The notes under the pieces were generated by a model. It did no database searches. It was not told where the DNA came from and saw only the letters and a list, made by a program, of their open reading frames with translations. From the NCBI GenBank assembly GCA_963682135.1, contig OY821645.1, positions 192,001 through 256,000 on the forward strand: a stretch of DNA of 64,000 nucleotides, written 5' to 3'. Source of the stretch: Methanothrix sp. GTDB lineage: Archaea > Halobacteriota > Methanosarcinia > Methanotrichales > Methanotrichaceae. A program made the position numbers and the translations under genes. Of the stretch, positions 61,807-64,000 are shown in pieces (position 1 is the stretch's first letter; each line of letters opens with the position of its first letter).

Positions 61807-62523
61807 ATGATAGTCCGTTTTATGAAGGATGGAGTAGTCCGAGGGGGATCGTACAGCAAGGAGAATGGCATAATCTCCGGAGGAGAGGTGCTGGAAGTGG
61901 AGGGACTATTCCTTCTGCCCCCCTGCCAGCCAACCAAGATCGTCTGCGTGGGCTTAAATTACACAAAACATGCCGAGGAGCTGAAGATGCCGCTTCCCGA
62001 GGAGCCCATTCTCTTCTTAAAGCCGCCTTCCTCTGTCCTGCACCCGGAAGGGCATATCATCTATCCCTCCACCAGCTCGCAGGTGGACTATGAAGGCGAA
62101 ATGGCGGTGGTCATTGGAAAACGCTGCAAGAATGTCACGGCAGCGGAGGCGGAACAGTACATCATGGGCTACACCTGCTTCAATGATGTGACGGCCCGAG
62201 ATCTACAGCGCAAAGACGGCCAGTGGACGCGCGCCAAGAGCTTTGACACCTTTGCGCCTTTCGGTCCCTGGATCGGCAGGATCGATCCCTCCAACGCAGA
62301 TATCCAGACGCGGGTCAATGGAAAGGTGGTGCAGAAGTCGAATACCTCTGACCTGATCTTCGATGTGCCGAAATTGGTGCAGTTCATAAGCGGCGTCATG
62401 ACCCTTGAGCCGGGCGATGTGATTGCCACAGGCACGCCTCCGGGAGTGGGGCCTCTGAAGAGAGGAGACGCGGTGGAAGTGGAGATCGAAGGAATTGGAG
62501 TGCTGAGGAACTTTGTGGTTTAG
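61807..62523 (+). CDS. fumarylacetoacetate hydrolase family protein
   Basis: VGLNY, DYEGE, NDVTARD and TGTP motifs. Confidence 0.92.
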   Translation: MIVRFMKDGVVRGGSYSKENGIISGGEVLEVEGLFLLPPCQPTKIVCVGLNYTKHAEELKMPLPEEPILFLKPPSSVLHPEGHIIYPSTSSQVDYEGEMAVVIGKRCKNVTAAEAEQYIMGYTCFNDVTARDLQRKDGQWTRAKSFDTFAPFGPWIGRIDPSNADIQTRVNGKVVQKSNTSDLIFDVPKLVQFISGVMTLEPGDVIATGTPPGVGPLKRGDAVEVEIEGIGVLRNFVV

Positions 62524-62567
62524 TTGAGGGGCATTAGTGGGATGATGTACTTTGGAGGAGGGATCAA

Positions 62568-63149
62568 ATAATTAATTTAATAGAATTTTTTAATATCAAT
62601 AGTGGTGCTGTTACAGCAATATCGACCGTATTTCTAACGGTTGTAACAATTTTTTATGTTATTTTAACGTGGGGTATAAGCTCAGAGACTAAAATGATGA
62701 GAAAAGCTCAGACTGAGCCGCATATTTCTGCAATTATTCAATCAAAAGAAGAATACATAAATTGGATAGATATGATTATACAAAACATTGGATTAGGTCC
62801 CGCTTATAATGTGAAATTTGAAATTAATCCAGATTTCGAAGACGGGAATATTAAACTATCTGAGGTAGGATTTATAAAGAACGGCTTACCGTATTTTGCC
62901 CCAAATCAAAAGTTTGAATTTTTCTTGACAAATCTAGCGGAGAATTATCAAGATAAGATAAAAACAGCTTTCCAAGTGAAAATCACATACGAAAACACTA
63001 TCCATGAATTGCGAAGTAATACTTATTTGATAGATTTATCGCAACAAAGTAGCTTACCTAAACTTGGCGTGCCGCCAATTTATCAAATTTCTGAGAATTT
63101 AAAGAGCATAGATACTACCCTGAATGAAATCAGCGAGAAGCTCAAATAA
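62568..63149 (+). CDS. AT-rich membrane-anchored hypothetical protein
   Basis: Frame extends upstream of 62694 through a TM helix to an ATA after GGAGG; IQNIGLGPAYNV. Confidence 0.65.
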   Translation: MINLIEFFNINSGAVTAISTVFLTVVTIFYVILTWGISSETKMMRKAQTEPHISAIIQSKEEYINWIDMIIQNIGLGPAYNVKFEINPDFEDGNIKLSEVGFIKNGLPYFAPNQKFEFFLTNLAENYQDKIKTAFQVKITYENTIHELRSNTYLIDLSQQSSLPKLGVPPIYQISENLKSIDTTLNEISEKLK

Positions 63150-63358
63150 ATATTTTATAATTATAATCTGGTGAGGTATAAGCGAAAGAACAGGTAGCAG
63201 TCCTTGCAGAGAGATTAGTAAAGTTAAACAATGACCATGGAGGGACCACCGAGCTAATGCCCATGATTCCAAGCCACCCTCTCGCAAAAGGCTCATGTGC
63301 CGATTGAAGCGTTCTTGGAAAACAACCAAATAGCTTGCCGATGCATATTAATGGTGAC

Positions 63359-63679
63359 ATGAAGCAGCAAGCCAATATCACAGGTCCCAAAGTGCATGAT
63401 GTAGGCTATCGCATATTCCTGATGGAGGCTGCATTGGATTGCGGGGTGATGAGAATTTCTGCTTACTGGTGGGAGGAAGACAGCTCGCAAGCAGTCATCT
63501 GCCTGGTTGAGGCTGATGAGGAGAGAATCGCCGCCTTCCTGAAGTTCATAGAAAGCCATAAGCCTGAGCATGCTGATGTATCGGATATCACTTGGGAAGA
63601 TTACAATGGAGATGTGATGCGCATCGGCGAATTTGCGCAGATCTGCACGTGCAGAATCCTTCAAAAGCTATTTCAGTAG
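63359..63679 (+). CDS. acylphosphatase-like protein, possibly truncated
   Basis: GPKVHDVGYR motif. Confidence 0.7.
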   Translation: MKQQANITGPKVHDVGYRIFLMEAALDCGVMRISAYWWEEDSSQAVICLVEADEERIAAFLKFIESHKPEHADVSDITWEDYNGDVMRIGEFAQICTCRILQKLFQ

Positions 63680-63776
63680 ACGATCTATATCTCCCGGCTC
63701 AAGGACGAGAGCCGGGACGCCGGGCGGGATCGATTCCGGGGCATCGAGGACGAGCTGAAAGACTGATATCCATTCG

Positions 63777-63995
63777 TCAAAGAATATCGGAGAGCATCTG
63801 CCGGCGCGGACCTTCCGGGTCTCGCAGGAAGAATCTTGGCTTCAGCTTCCCTCTAACCCGCACTCTTGTGTAGACAATGACCTTATCCTTCTGCCCGGAC
63901 TTTTCCGCCAGCAGAGCCTCTAAAGTCTCTTTTTCCCTTTGAGATAACTCTATCTCGCCCTCTCTGCCGGTCGACCAATCAAATATCCTGACCAT
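63777..63995 (-). CDS. small hypothetical protein
   Basis: 72-aa ORF at the window edge. Confidence 0.35.
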   Translation of the reverse strand: MVRIFDWSTGREGEIELSQREKETLEALLAEKSGQKDKVIVYTRVRVRGKLKPRFFLRDPEGPRRQMLSDIL

Positions 63996-64000
63996 GTACT

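Overview
Archaeal methanogen DNA, most consistent with Methanothrix (Methanosaeta). Evidence: PolD large subunit DP2, mfnB, methanogenesis markers 2 and 4, archaeal DtdA and TATA/BRE promoters. Layout: (1) 1-9.8 kb, a decayed accessory island with an intact IS1634 (TIRs plus 6-bp TSD), a DUF3467-like/unknown/HEPN triad, and AT-rich cargo genes separated by five degenerate copies of a 'DLAAILA'-coding repeat. (2) 10-33 kb, mostly core genes, including a bacterial-type tgt paired with a YhhQ/QPTR queuosine-precursor transporter. (3) 34-48 kb, an arsenic/thiol/sulfur-relay region (arsC, ccdA, Trx, arsR x2, Cys-less rhodanese, acr3, DsrEFH-like) containing a cassette-like array punctuated by four DUF3795 3' ends. 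(4) 48-62 kb, Tex, a candidate sheath protein, a PAPS-reductase-family protein, a GET3/ArsA ATPase, a TetR/condensation-domain operon, USP, pyrD, pyrK and FAH. (5) 62.5-64 kb, the start of another variable region. No rRNA, tRNA or CRISPR array was seen. Best leads: a putative queuine-salvage operon in an archaeon, gene-tail-anchored cassette arrays, and two related CU-loop hairpin sRNA candidates. All family assignments come from motif recognition by eye, not database searches.
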